Shown: positions 51,311-64,000, counted from the stretch's first letter. The stretch is DNA of 64,000 bases from Octopus sinensis (GCF_006345805.1 NC_043005.1:13454001-13518000); one strand, 5' to 3'. The notes: a model not told the origin generated them from the sequence alone. A program made the numbers and translations.

Positions 51311-54124
51311 GTCCCTGAAAAAATTATGCTTTAGATGTATGCATTTGTGTGTTATTGCAAGAAAGAGCTAGTTTTTTTTTTCTCTAACATTTTACATCGT
51401 TCTACCTACAGAAGTCAATGAGTGAAAAACAAAATAGGAATTTTGAAAGCAGTTTCTTCAAAACTGGGTTTTAAGCAACAAATGGCTATTGGGGCCCACC
51501 AGAATAAAATAGTACCCAAAGGACACCAGGGATAAAAATGGTTGAGAACACCTGAAAAGTCACCATTATCATCAATTGACTGTTTATTTTGTGAAGGTGT
51601 ATAGCCAAGTGTTTAGAGTGTTATGCACATGATTGCTAGACCAAGCGGAGCATTGAATTCTCAAGCAAAACACTTCATTTCATGTTGGTACATCAGTAAA
51701 TATGCTTTACGGTATATCTTCTCGCTCTCTACATTCTGAGTTCAAATCCCACCTGCCTGGAGAAGGCAATAGGAAACCACTCTAGTGTTCATCCTAAGTC
51801 TAGTCTTTTCATTAGCACAAAGCCACATATGCATAAGGAGAAATGGTTACGGTGAATTAAATCAACCTCAGTATATGAATGGTACTTCAGCCAAAAGAGA
51901 AGAAAAAGGAGGAGGCATCTAAGTGGTTACTCAATCTGCTAGAAATATCAACCAAAACTTTTTCAAGCCATTTTCTACTAGCTTAAAAATAGGAGGATAT
52001 GTAGGCTAACATAATCCAGGGTGTACTATTTTTGGAAAGGGATAGTCATGGTGGGAAAAGCTTAGGCCTATTCAATTATGACTGGTTTGGGGCTTAAAAT
52101 GACAACAACAACTGGTCATTTATTTATCAAATATGGAGGCATGAAAACCCAAACAAACATGTCAGCCATTATCATCATCAATAGTTACTCATTTCACACA
52201 TTATGTCAGAACAAATTATGAAATGATCATGGTTGGAACGTCTTTGAATGCAAGTCTCCTTGATTAGGGTTGGTCTCCACAGATTAAATAACACAGAGCT
52301 GCTCAATGGTGTTGTCATTCATTATCCTGCCAATCCAGCTGAGTTTTACCCCTCAGCTCCCATACACATCACCTTGATTTATTTTTACTGAGAACTACCC
52401 TGACCCATCCCTTGTTTCACAGCCAACAACTAAACACACTCAATAGTTCAAACCCAATTATAATCATACAAATCGAAATCGAATTGAACCAGCCAGGATC
52501 CCTGGTCTGGTGGTACGTAAAAAGCACTATCCGACTCGTGGCCGTGGCACGTAAAATACTCCAATGCGACCGTACGACAGGCACCCTTGCCAACCCCCTT
52601 TGCTTGTGAAGACATGTTGGGGCAAGCGAAATCGAAATCGAATTGAACCAGCCAGGATCCCTGGTCTGGTGGTACGTAAAAAGCACTATCCGACTCGTGG
52701 CCGATGCCAGCACCGCCTCGACTGGCTTCCGTGCCGGTGGCACATAAAATACACCAATCTGACCGTGGCCGTTGCCAGCCCCGCCTGGTTCCAATGCAGG
52801 TGGCACGTAAAAAGCACCCACTACACTCACGGAGTGGTTGGCGTTAGGAAGGGCATCCAGCTGTAGAAACATTGCCAAATTAGACTGGAGCCTGGTGCAG
52901 CCTTCTGGCTTCCCAGAACCCCGGTCGAACCGTCCAACCCATGCTAGCATGGAGAACGGACATTAAACGACGATGATGAGACATTGATCACTTATCCCTC
53001 TCATCCAGGAGTAAGTAAGAGGATACTAGAAAACCCTTTTTTTCAGACAAGTGCAAAAAAAAAAATTAAATTTACAGTAAAAAGCACTATCCGAATGTGA
53101 TCAATGCCAGGGGTGCCTGACTGGCTCCTGTGCCAGTGGCACGTAAAAAGCACCATCTGAACATGGCTGATGCCAGGGACCTCTGACTGGCTCCTGCGAT
53201 GGTGGCATGCAAAAAGCACTATCTGAACATGATCGATACTAGGGCCACCTGACTGGTTCCTGTGCCGGTGGCACATAAAAAGCTCTATCCGAATGTGGCC
53301 GATGCCAGTGTCCCCTGACTGGCTCTCATGCCAGTGGCACATAAAAAGCACTCACTACACTCTCAGAGTGGTTGGTGTTAGGAAGAGCATCCAGCTGTAG
53401 AAACGTTGCCAGATCAGATTGGAGCCTTGTGCAGCCACTGGCTCTCCAGACCTCAGTCAAACTGTCCAACCCATGCCAGCATGGAAAACGGACGTTAAAT
53501 GATGATGATGATGATGAGTAACACTTTCATTTCTTTTGAAATACAGCTTTTGTTTCAACCAATTTTGAAAATAAGGAAGAATTTAGGAAAAACAATTTTG
53601 CTATTATTGTTATATTTCGGAATGGTAAATTTTTCTCTCTTGCCAAATAAACTCACACACTATATATTCATTCTTCACTCATTTATTATCACACATCTGT
53701 GACCTCTTCAGCTACTCTTCTAAAAATAAGAACAATAATAAACAAGTGTGTGTGTTTACTTGGTAAGAAAAAAACAAAAATGACCAACTTGAAATATAAC
53801 AATATTTGTTTCAACACAGGATTTCACATCAGGAATCTTGCAAAATAAACTCATAGACATAATTTTGCCATTGTTCCATTATTAAGCTGGTGTTTGGAAC
53901 ATAAATTAACAGGAAATTCTGAAGAAAGTTTATAATTTGGATCACTTTAAAACAATAAGTTTGTTTCATAGAACCAGGGGTGGTCTTACAGAAGTTCTTA
54001 TCAAAGGGGTTAATATTAAAATGTTATAATCCTTCTGTCATTGTATGGGATGGTATATGAAGGCTTAAGGTCTTTACACTTCTGGTACATTGCAAGAGAT
54101 AGAAAACAAAGGTTAAATACTCAC

Positions 54125-54247
54125 GAATTACATGAAGGAACGATGATGATACAATGAAGTTGGCCGTCCAGTTGATTATGATAACAACACCAACAGCCCG
54201 ACCTCGGATGGATGGAGGGTATATCTCACTTAGCAGGATCCAGCTGA
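54125..54247 (-). CDS. SLC2A10: GLUT10/12-like transporter exon (ISWILLSEIYPPSIRGRAVGVVIIINWTANFIVSSSFLHVI)
   Basis: Hand-translated. Sugar-porter motifs SEIYP..IRGRA and NW.AN; taatag| acceptor and C|GTGAGT donor; 123 nt, phase 1/1. Confidence 0.94.
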
Positions 54248-54289
54248 CTATTAATGGTAGACAAAAGAAAGGAGTGATAAATATATATA

Positions 54290-54475
54290 TAGGGAGAGTT
54301 TACAAAAAAAAACAAAAGACGAAGACAGGTGGTGTACAAAACAAACAGATGTATTAGTATAACGCTCAGGAATAGAAAAAGTCTTTTATGTTTCCAGCCT
54401 ATGCTCTTCTACAGAAAGGGACACAGGAAAAACAAGGAGAGAGAAAAATGTGTGTAGTGGCTAACGATCTACCAT
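54290..54475 (-). mobile_element. Penelope-like terminal repeat fragment, hammerhead variant decayed (54383-54418)
   Basis: Reverse complement of the 40100-40290 family, with GCTG GAAAC ATA replacing GCTC GAAAC GTA. Confidence 0.45.
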
Positions 54476-54480
54476 GGTGA

Positions 54481-54482
<2 letters not shown>

Positions 54483-54519
<37 letters not shown>

Positions 54520-54603
54520 TATATATAAATTTGATTAGAGGTTATGTTAATAATAAACAATTATTAACTTCCCAATTGCCATTTTATTTTTCTTCTTATA
54601 TAT

Positions 54604-54699
<96 letters not shown>

Positions 54700-54702
54700 C
54701 AT

Positions 54703-54754
<52 letters not shown>

Positions 54755-54830
54755 ACATATATATACATATATATATAAACATATATATACATATATATAT
54801 AAACATATATATACATATATATATATAAAC
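54483..54830. repeat. (TA)n-rich microsatellite
   Basis: Direct reading. Confidence 0.95.
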
Positions 54831-55368
54831 TTCAATTGTCACTAAGTGTGAATAAGGGTATTGACACACCTAAATTGCTAAAAATAAAAGTTAAAATACC
54901 CTTAATTTTGTAGGAAAAGCACAGATACACGATGCTGACAAGAGAGGCAACCATCCTATACAAACTTGAAAATCCTCAGACTAGATGTCTAGTTTCGTTT
55001 ATTCTGTAGACATCTCTATTGAGGACTGCTCGCATGGCACATGTTTGGCTAATTCCACCTTTCAATATATATGTATTTGCCATAAAAAATTATGGATGAT
55101 TTAGCGGAATGCTAACGTGTATACAAAGTCATTTCTGTATCACTATACTGCACTTTTAAGGTAATGATTACAGAATGTCATTTTTTTTTATTTACTCAAT
55201 CAATCTGATATCTGACATTACATATCTGAAAAGTAAGGTTAAAAAAAAAGTAAGTCAGAAGAAAGTTAGAGTTCTTGAAAAAGGTGTCCAGTGACACGAC
55301 CTGTATAAGCACATACACATGTTAGCTGATACACTCAATTACACTTATATAGACATAGAAATTCTATG

Positions 55369-55773
55369 GGAGTGGCTGTGTGGTTAGTAGCTTGTTTACC
55401 AACCACATGGTTCCGAGTTCAGTCCCACTGCGTGGCACCTTGGGCAAGTGTCTTCTACTATAGCCTCGGGCCGACCAAAGCCTTGTGAGTGGATTTGGTA
55501 GACGGAAACTGAAAGAAGCCCGTCGTATATATATATATGCGTACGTGTGTTTGTGTGTCTGTATTTGTCCCCCTAGCATTGCTTGACAAATGATGCTGGT
55601 GTGTTTATGTCCCCGTTACTTAGTGGTTTGGCAAAAGAGACCGATTGAATAAGTACTGGGCTTACAAAAGAATAAGTCCCGGGGTCGAGTTGCTCGACTA
55701 AAGGCGGTGCTCCAGCATGGCCGCAGTCAAATGACTGAAACAAGTAAAAGAGTAAAAGAGAGTAGAAGAGAGT
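55369..55773 (+). mobile_element. SINE family A abutting a splice donor
   Basis: Homologous to 12346-12755; the tail ends about 6 nt from the exon boundary at 55780. Confidence 0.85.
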
Positions 55774-55779
55774 ACATAC

Positions 55780-56323
55780 TTGGTCCAAAACTAATGCCAT
55801 AAGCTCCAACATAAGCCATCAGAGCTAACAATGTCATCACATGTATGATGTGCACACTCTGAGATTCTGTAGGTTCTTCTTTGTCTCGGCTGGTATTCTT
55901 GAAAATGGTTTGATTATAGAAGCCAGCATGATTTAGACTTTGGTTCATAATGATGCTGATGTTGTTGTAGGGAGAAGAATTCTCATTTCGTTTCTTGCGG
56001 GTTATGCTTGTATCACAGAGGAATTTTACAGAAGTGACAATATGTGACACCGAAGATGGTATCAATTCTCTTTTTTTCATTGTGTAATGGATGAAACTTC
56101 CATTGCTTGAAGAATTAAAGTCAGAGTTGAAGGGTGGAAAATCGTGTGCAATTTTGTCATCATGCCAATTCCGACACACCTCGAAGCTAGACAGATTGTT
56201 CTGCAGTCTCGAGCCAATGCTCAGTATAATTAAACTAATAGTCATTGTGCCAACACCAATCATGAGTAAAATTCTTCGGCCCCAGTGGTCAACACAAAGC
56301 AGGGCAACAATTGCTACGGAAAC
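55780..56323 (-). CDS. SLC2A10: GLUT10/12-like transporter exon (VDHWGRR motif, TM9, large exofacial loop, TM10 ...GISFGP)
   Basis: ORF track 55727-56329 trimmed to the ttgcag| acceptor and A|GTATGT donor; 544 nt, phase 0/1. Confidence 0.93.
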
Positions 56324-58587
56324 CTGCAAAAATATAAATAAAATAAAATATATAAATAAATAAATAAGCTAAAACATTAATGAAGATATGCTAATGGTCA
56401 GCTTTCAACCACTATGATATTTACATATAGTGACTGCACAAGTTTTTAACAGGATGAGAGGTCCTCGCACTGGATGGGTGCAGCTTGCATCCTTTACATT
56501 AAAATATTAATCAAAGGAAAGAGTTAAGACTTCAGATTAACTTCAACAGTATAAATATTTATTTCTTGATTCACAATATATACATTCTTCTTTCTGGGCG
56601 AATCGGCAGCCTATGAGCTTATCGCAGTAGTCAAGTGGAGTGAGCCAAACCCTGTCCATTCAAGCATAGCAGAGATACGCCACGAGGTAGCAGCTTGAGA
56701 GAGCTGATAAAACATGACTATCTTATTCAGCTGCTGACATTCAAGAGAGCAATATGAGGGAATTTTGCTGCTGCTAGTTTTTTGTGCATGCGCATGAGGG
56801 AACTTCCGGCAGGCCTCCCGGAAGAATCCAACTCTGCACATGCATGCTGGAGATTTCCAAGATAGGGTCACTACAAGTTTATTATTTATATATCAGTTAT
56901 GTTAATACAAACTGCTATTACTGCACCCATTCAGTATAAGTCCACATAACACCACTGATGTAAGGGCATCACTAAAATCACATACTGCTACTTTTGAGTC
57001 ACAGGCTGACTTAGACCTGCACATTCACAATATGTATTAAACGCACACACTCAACATGTATTAAACATGCACACATACACACTCATATGCACATACTCAC
57101 ACATGTAAATTCAGGTGAAAAAGTCACAACATTACAAAGAACAGATACTCTAATTTATTTTGTTTGTTTTTCATGTGCAATCTTATTTCTCAAAGATGTG
57201 AGCTGAAAACTTGCATTTAGAACCTCTGATCCAATAGAATAGGACATCAAAGTTGGTTATAAGGTCATTAACACTCTAGCATTCAGATTACTCTCTCAAA
57301 TGTAATACTTATTTATTCACATTGTTTTGAATTAATCATGCTGTATCTCATACCTTTGAGATTTTCATAAGGTGATTATATATATTTAGAGTGACCATCA
57401 TAGGGTAGGTATGAGAGGACAGATTTGGTTGGTCTGACCATAAAATAGGAAGAATATATATTTAGGCTGGGCACGGCTGGTTTAAATGCTAAACGCTTAA
57501 GTCTAAAATAGTTTAAGTCTACCAATACACATATATAAAAACTACATTTGGTACATCTGCATTATTTGTCCCATAAAGTAGTGAAGACTAAGTACTTGTA
57601 CTCTGGAAAAACTCTACAGTCTTGGAAGATACAAGGTAACTTCCTTATTGCTGGCGAAAACAGTTGGTAAATGAGTGGAGACAATGTAAACTCAAGAAGT
57701 TTGTTTAGTCTTGTTGAAGAGAAGACAACCGTACTAAAATGCACACAATATACTTTAAGAGATTGCTGATAGGAAGGGCAACCAGCTAGAAACAAAAAGA
57801 CCCAAAATGAAACAATATAAGATGTGGTCTTCTGATCCCTCATGGAGGATCAGAAGTACTTCCAAATAAGAACCAACTAGGACCATTCAACTCATGCTAG
57901 CATGGACAAAGACAAAAGCATCGGTGAAGATAATTATAACGATGATGATGAAGATAATTATATTGATGATGATGATGATGATGCAAAGGGAAAATTGTGC
58001 ACCTATATGCAAAGACATGTATACGTCAACTGGTAAAGGTGTGAGTATATAAAAAGAGAAACTTAGAGAATAAAATACTTCTTCAGAGAAATTTCTTATT
58101 TCTTTATTGCCCACAAGGGGCTAAACATAGAGGGGACAAACAAGGACAGACAAACGGATTAAGTCAATTACATCGACCCCAGTGCATAACTGGTACTTAA
58201 TTTATCGACCCCAAAAGGATGAAAGGCAAAGTTGACCTCGGCGGAATTTGAACTCAAAATGTAAAGACAGACGAAATACTGCTAAGCATTTCATCTGAGG
58301 TGCTAACATTTCTTATTTCTTTATTGCCCACAAGGGGCTAAACACAGAGGGGACAAACAAGGACAGACAAAGGGATTAAGTCGATTAGATCGACCCCAGT
58401 GTGTAACTGGTACTTAATTTATCGACCCCGAAAGGATGAAAGGCAAAGTCGACCTCGGCGGAATTTGAACACAGAACGTAACGGCAGACGAAATACCTCT
58501 AAGGATTTCGCCCGGCGTGCTAACGTTTCTGCCAGCTCAACACCTTTCTACAGAGAAATTTCTAGGTTTGGATAGTTACTCATTTAC

Positions 58588-58698
58588 CTTGACAGTTCCA
58601 AGACCAAGGGTAGCCAGTATTGCTGCAGAATCGGACGGGAAGCCAACCACTCGGAACACAATTGGTGCATAATACAGCATGTTGGGCTGGCCAGTAAA
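58588..58698 (-). CDS. SLC2A10: GLUT10/12-like transporter exon (FTGQPNMLYYAPIVFRVVGFPSDSAAILATLGLGTVK)
   Basis: tttcag| acceptor and AAG|GTAAAT donor, 111 nt, phase 0; TM7-TM8. Confidence 0.93.
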
Positions 58699-59212
58699 CT
58701 GAAATTAAATAATTTTAAATACTATAATAATGGTGGTAAGATAGAAATAATTGGGTGATTCTGAGCTGAATTGAGACAAAACATTTTAACAGGGATTTTC
58801 ACTGGTTATATAAGGAAAAAAAAAAGGAAAAAAAAATATATCCCTGGCCTTCGTTAATTTGTTTTAGGTGTGCATGAAATCACAAGTAGACATAATCACC
58901 ATCTTGGGCCTCCTACACACTGAGCCAGCAGAATATTCAGGATGTAGCAACTGATGGGGAAAAGGACTGGGTCAGTACTTGGTTGGTACTCATTTTCAGC
59001 TGAGTACACTGGAGCAATGCATAATGGCCTTACTCAAGGACACATCACACTGCCCAGTTCAGGAACCAAACCCATGACCTTTTGACCATGGCTCCAACAC
59101 CCCTAACCTAGGCTATGCAATTTTACAAGGACAAGGTAGCCATTTCATTTTTAAAGTAGTAATTTGAGAAATCTGACAGTTTTGTATAAATATATATGTG
59201 TATGTGTATATA

Positions 59213-59448
59213 TTGGGTTCAGGCATAATTATTAAGGCTTTTTTTCAACAAAAACAATAACAATATTTAACAAAAGCATCTTTAAATGACGGTCTGATCA
59301 TCTGTCAAGCAAATGGGAAGCAGTAATTGGGGCAGATGGTGAATATGCTCTGGAATAATCATTTAAAGATGTTTTTGTTACATGTTATTATTGTTTTTGT
59401 TGAATAAAATTTGTTGAAAAAAAGCCACAATAATTATGCACCAACCCA
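59213..59448 (+). mobile_element. Mariner-derived MITE with a remnant of the transposase C-terminus
   Basis: TIRs TTGGGTT(C/G)..GCATAATTATT..GGCTTTTTTTCAACAAA with further internal inverted arms; the interior reads roughly HLSSKWEAVIGADGEY. Confidence 0.7.
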
Positions 59449-59874
59449 TCATCATCATCATCATCATCGTTTAACGTCAGTTCTCCATGCTAGCATGGGT
59501 TGGACGGTTCGACCGGGGATCTGGGAAGCCAGAAGGCTGCACCAGGCTCCGGTCTTATCTGGCAATGTTTCTACAGCTTGATGCCCTTCCTAACGCCAAC
59601 CACTCCGTGAGTGTAGTGGGTGCTTTTTATATACCCAATAGTATATAATTATATGGGTAGTTAGGGTAAATCCCAGCTGTTTCCTCTTGAAGCACATCTG
59701 CTTATTTCATTATTACAATCAGTAAGTATCCATAGTTGCTGCTGTATGTTGGTCAAAATACATATCAAAACCGAGAATTATGGAAATATTTGCATAGTTA
59801 TTGTATAACAAAGCAGGAGAGTGGAAATTATTTGGTATCATCTATTCACCATTACACATGATTCCGTTTGCTAA

Positions 59875-60008
59875 TAGGAATTACAAAGATTTACATGTTA
59901 GACAGGAATGTAAGGAATTTGCTATTGGAATTTTTTTCTATCTCTGACAAATTTCTAATAGAAAATTCCTGACATGTCTATCTAACATGTAAATCTTTGT
60001 AGTTCCTA
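59875..60008. repeat. Foldback inverted repeat of about 134 bp (MITE-like)
   Basis: TAGGAATTACAAAGATTTACATGTTAGA pairs with TCTAACATGTAAATCTTTGTAGTTCCTA; the inner arms also pair imperfectly. Confidence 0.8.
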
Positions 60009-60048
60009 AGAATAAATAATACCAATAAATTTCCACTTTTCTGCCTTG

Positions 60049-60087
<39 letters not shown>

Positions 60088-60467
60088 TAATCATCATCAT
60101 TTACACACACATGTACATGCATACACACACACATATGGGGTGTTTAGCCAAATTTAGTGGTTTTTTTATGTCTCCTTTTTTTCAGAAATAGCTTCATGTA
60201 TTGGTGAACAGCCAACAGCAGCATATAGAATAAAGATTAAAGTTATAGTTGAGAAAAAGTTAGCTGACGTAGAGGACTAGAAGCCATCTGAATATTGGTA
60301 AAGAGTTACCTGTGTCATGATGATTCATGCCAGGTGTCAAATGCCAACATCATGGCTTCTACTTAATGCTCTATGAACAGTTTAAAGGCTGTTATATATT
60401 TAAGAGATGAGGAATTATGTACATTATTTACATTTGATGGATATTTTTCCTCATCTTCTTTGTTGTT

Positions 60468-60513
60468 AACACAACTTTTCGGCTGATATACCCTCTAACC
60501 TTCATCAGGTGTC
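60468..60513 (-). ncRNA. Second copy of the minimal hammerhead-like repeat, stem III mutated
   Basis: GACAC CTGATGA A GGTTA..CAGCC GAAAA GTT GTGTT; same family as 11826-11871. Confidence 0.5.
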
Positions 60514-60723
60514 TTGGGGAAATTTCGAACCTGGGTTCTCATTCCTAAGGTATTTTTCGATGTTGTTGTTAACAACAACAGCAGCAGCAGCAACAACAAC
60601 AACAGCAGCAGCAGCAACAACAACAATAACATCGAAAAATACCTTAGGAATGAGAACCCAGGTTTGAAATTTCCCCAAAGATATAAACGTATAGATGTAT
60701 GTAATATACGTATGTATACATGC

Positions 60724-60763
<40 letters not shown>

Positions 60764-61696
60764 GCATACAGATGTGTGTATGTGTCATATATACATACAT
60801 ACATATATATATATACATAGAAGGACTGTATCATTCATGCATTTACATACTTTGTACAACATATATGGTTTTATCAGATTTCACTATCTTTTACTTTTCT
60901 CTCATTTTTATGTAAACCTCTACACAAACTGCAGACAGTCCTTGTGATGCTCCCTTCACCTGCGCCCTTCCACCAAATTAAAGAAATTATTATTATTATT
61001 TCTTATGAAATACCAGTTGGAATCCTGATCAGCTATCTACAACTCTGAAGTTAAATCAATAATCTTACAGCTTCTGCGTCCTCCCTGCTAAATCCTGTGT
61101 TTATTTACTGAATGAACGAACCTACAGGTGTAGAGCATGATAACAATATGCTACCAACATATGTTATAATCTCATACTGAGAACAATGGTGTATTGTGTA
61201 TTTACCTATGAAGCTATATAGCTCTGTCTTTTTCTTTTCTTGCTACTGTTGCCTTGGTTACCTGAGAACATTCTTGCCCCTCTCACCCACCTTATATGAA
61301 TAACAGTTGTTTCTAATTTAAGAAAAAAGCCAACAATTTTGAGTGATGGGCATTAGTTAATACCATTAATCCCCCAGTATACCACTGGTGTTTTATGTTA
61401 TTGACTCAGAAGGGATGAAAGGAAAAGTTGACCATTGCAAGGTTTGAACTCAGAACATGAAGAGCCAGAAGAATGCATTTCTTCCAACGCTTAAAAAATT
61501 CTGCTAGCTTACCACCCTGTAAGAGCAGTAATGCAAGAGGTCACACAACATGGAAAATTAGGAAAATAGGATTAAATCAAAGACAGTAGTAAACTGGTAC
61601 TTAGTTATCAAATATTGAAGTTTGAAAAACACTGCATTTATTGTGAAAAAGGAAAAAAAAGTGAAAGAATTGTAGAATAAGATTAATAATGGTTTT

Positions 61697-62057
61697 AGGG
61701 GCAGGAGTGGCTGTGTGGTAAGTAGCTTGCTTCCCAACCACATGGTTCCGGGTTCAGTCTCACTGCATGGAACCTTGGGCAAGTGTCTTCTACTATAGCC
61801 TCGGGCCGACCAAAGCCTTGTGAGTGGACTTGGTAGACGGAAACTGAAAGAAGCCCATCGTATATATGTATATATATATATATATATTATATATATATAT
61901 ATATTATATATATATATATACCGGAGTAAACACATAAATGTGAAACAAGGCGGAAAAAAGAGTACTCAAATACCAGCAAAAACTGTCCGACGAACGGGAA
62001 CATGAAACTCAGTGTAACAGGTTTTGTTGAATTTTCTGCTGCTTTTAAATAAAGTAA

Positions 62058-62117
<60 letters not shown>

Positions 62118-62325
62118 ATGTTTGTGTGTCTGTGTTTGTCACTCCAACATTGCTTGACAAACGATACTGGTGTGTTTACGTCTCTGTAACTTAGCGGTTC
62201 AGCAAAAGAGACCGATAGAATAAGTACTAGGCTTACAAAGAATAAGTCCTGGGGTCGATTTGCTCGACTAAAAGCAGTGCTCCAGCATGGCTGCAGTCAA
62301 ATGACTGAAACAGGTGAAAGAGTGT
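61697..62325 (+). mobile_element. SINE family A interrupted in its (TA)n middle by an unrelated segment of about 130 bp (61921-62050)
   Basis: 5' half at 61697-61870 and 3' half at about 62115-62325. Confidence 0.75.
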
Positions 62326-62699
62326 CAAATTCGTGAAGCGGATGATGACGATGATGATGGTAGTGGTGATGACAATAAAGATGATGATGATGTTGATGAT
62401 GACGATGATGCTGACGATGACAACGACAATGACAATAGATAAAGAGAGCTGAAGGAAGATCTACAAATTTTGGGTAACTGATGTAACCAAATTCATGATG
62501 ATGATGATGATGATGATGATGACAATGATGATGACGACGACAATAGATAAAGAGAGGTGAAGGAAGAAATACAAATATAAATTTTGGGAGACTGGTATAA
62601 CCAAATTCAGGAGGAGGAGAACCTCAATGATGATGATGAAAAAGATGATCACAGGAAACAGAGAGATGAAGGAAATTCAACAAAATGAAACCAGCTTAC

Positions 62700-62786
62700 C
62701 TGCTGAAAAGTAACCAAGCCAAATCCTAAAAAGAACAATTTCCTTAAGTTTCCTGTTGACCTGAACAGGTCTTTCCAGCTGGACAT
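62700..62786 (-). CDS. SLC2A10: Class III facilitative sugar transporter (GLUT10/12-like), internal exon (MSSWKDLFRSTGNLRKLFFLGFGLVTFQQ); upstream exons lie beyond the window
   Basis: ttgcag| acceptor and CAG|GTAAGC donor, 87 nt, phase 0. Joins the next exon to give QQFTGQPN, the GLUT10/12 TM7 motif. SLC2A10 versus SLC2A12 cannot be resolved. Confidence 0.88.
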
Positions 62787-64000
62787 CTGCAATTAATTAC
62801 CAATTACAATATTTTAATATCTATTTCTTTATTACCCACAAGGGGCTAAACACAGAGGGAACAAACAAGGACAGACATAGGTATTAAGTCTATTATATCG
62901 ACCCCAGTTCGTAACTGGTACTTAATTTATCGACCCCGAAAGGATGAAAGGCAAAGTCAACCTCGTCGGAATTTGAACTCAATGTAACGCAGACGAAATA
63001 CCGCTAAGCATTTCGCCCGGCGTGCTAACGTTTCTGCCAGCTCGCCGCCTTATATCATTTCATATTAGCTTCATTATTTTGGTCACTTCTTTATAAATTG
63101 CCAAAATAAATGGTCAGTATTTGTCATATGCCCTTACTGAGAATTTATTGAGTACGTAATGCACAGCAAGAGGTGCTTCTGAAAGCTTGGTCATATGCAG
63201 AATGACCACAGGTCACTTGACTTATATAGAATAGTCTTCAGTGAGACTTAAGCAAACAAACACCTTTCAAATGACCAGGAATGTTATGCCTCAGTTGGTT
63301 AGTGTATGTCACGTGGGATGGAATTGTTGATTCAATAAGGCTGAGATTTTGAGATCGGAGTGATTTTGGGGTAACAGTAAGTGGTATCAGACATATGTAG
63401 CAATCAGCATTTTGCTCTAAGGCTGATGGTCATTTTCATTTTTTTTTATCCAACAAATAACAGATTTCTTCAAGAATCTGGAAATATTTCTGGACATGCC
63501 TGTTTTTTGTTTTTTTTTAAGAACTAGCTAATTTTAGGCTGATGACAGTTTCATGTAAAATTTTTAATTTTGGTTGACATATCCCGCAAGCAGTTTGTGT
63601 TGATTATATCAACTGGGCTGTTCAAACTTTCAGAATTCCAGGAATATCTGGTCCCAAAACTCCCACCTTGTGTAATATAGAGTAAAGATGATTCTGTACA
63701 GATTTGGTTTTGATGGAGTTTTGATCAATTTACATTGTTTGGAAGCATTCAACAGAAGTGACCCCCAGCTCCAGTATAAGATTGAACCCGTATTCAGTCA
63801 AAAAAATAAGTTGTCTCTGACAAATGAAAGAACTGATGGTTAGAATTTTGGGGGTACCTAGATTATCTCCATCATCATCGTTTAATGTCTGCTTTCCATG
63901 CAGGCATAGGTTGGACGGTTTGACTGAAGACTGACAAGCCAGTAGGCTGCACCAGGCTCCAATCTGCTCTGGCAAGGTTTCTACAGCTGGATGCCCTTCC

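Noticed and set aside
50752-51555. A single hAT MITE enclosing the tandem SINEs
   Set aside because: The two hAT-like ends do not match each other and no 8-bp TSD is visible; they are probably unrelated fragments.
60260-60290. Possible transporter exon (ttcag|A TGG CTT CTA, resembling PRWL)
   Set aside because: There is a stop after 8 codons, and exons 62700-62786 and 58588-58698 already join in frame.

Overview
AT-rich, microsatellite- and transposon-dense eukaryotic DNA whose repeat content looks like an Octopus (coleoid cephalopod) genome; the species is inferred, not proven. Two spliced genes lie on the minus strand. (1) A complete calcyphosin-like gene (CAPSL-type EF-hand protein, 207 aa) with coding exons 25637-25501, 8138-7961, 6125-5919 and 4223-4122, plus a probable non-coding first exon near 30519-30560 beside an RFX X-box. 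(2) The 3' part of a class III sugar transporter (GLUT10/GLUT12-like; six exons from 62786 to 40463, 380 aa visible, 5' exons outside the window). The rest is tRNA-headed SINEs of several families, RTE, CR1 and R4/Dong LINE fragments, Helitrons, Tc1/mariner derivatives, GG-terminated MITEs with 8-bp TSDs, and simple repeats. Nearly all other ORFs in the track are microsatellite artefacts. The most notable unannotated signal is a set of about ten type I hammerhead-ribozyme-like motifs of at least six sequence types, as expected for Penelope-like elements or retrozymes. One of them (1943-2022, minus) is nearly canonical and lies 2.1 kb downstream of CAPSL on the same strand. All structures were folded by eye and none was computed.
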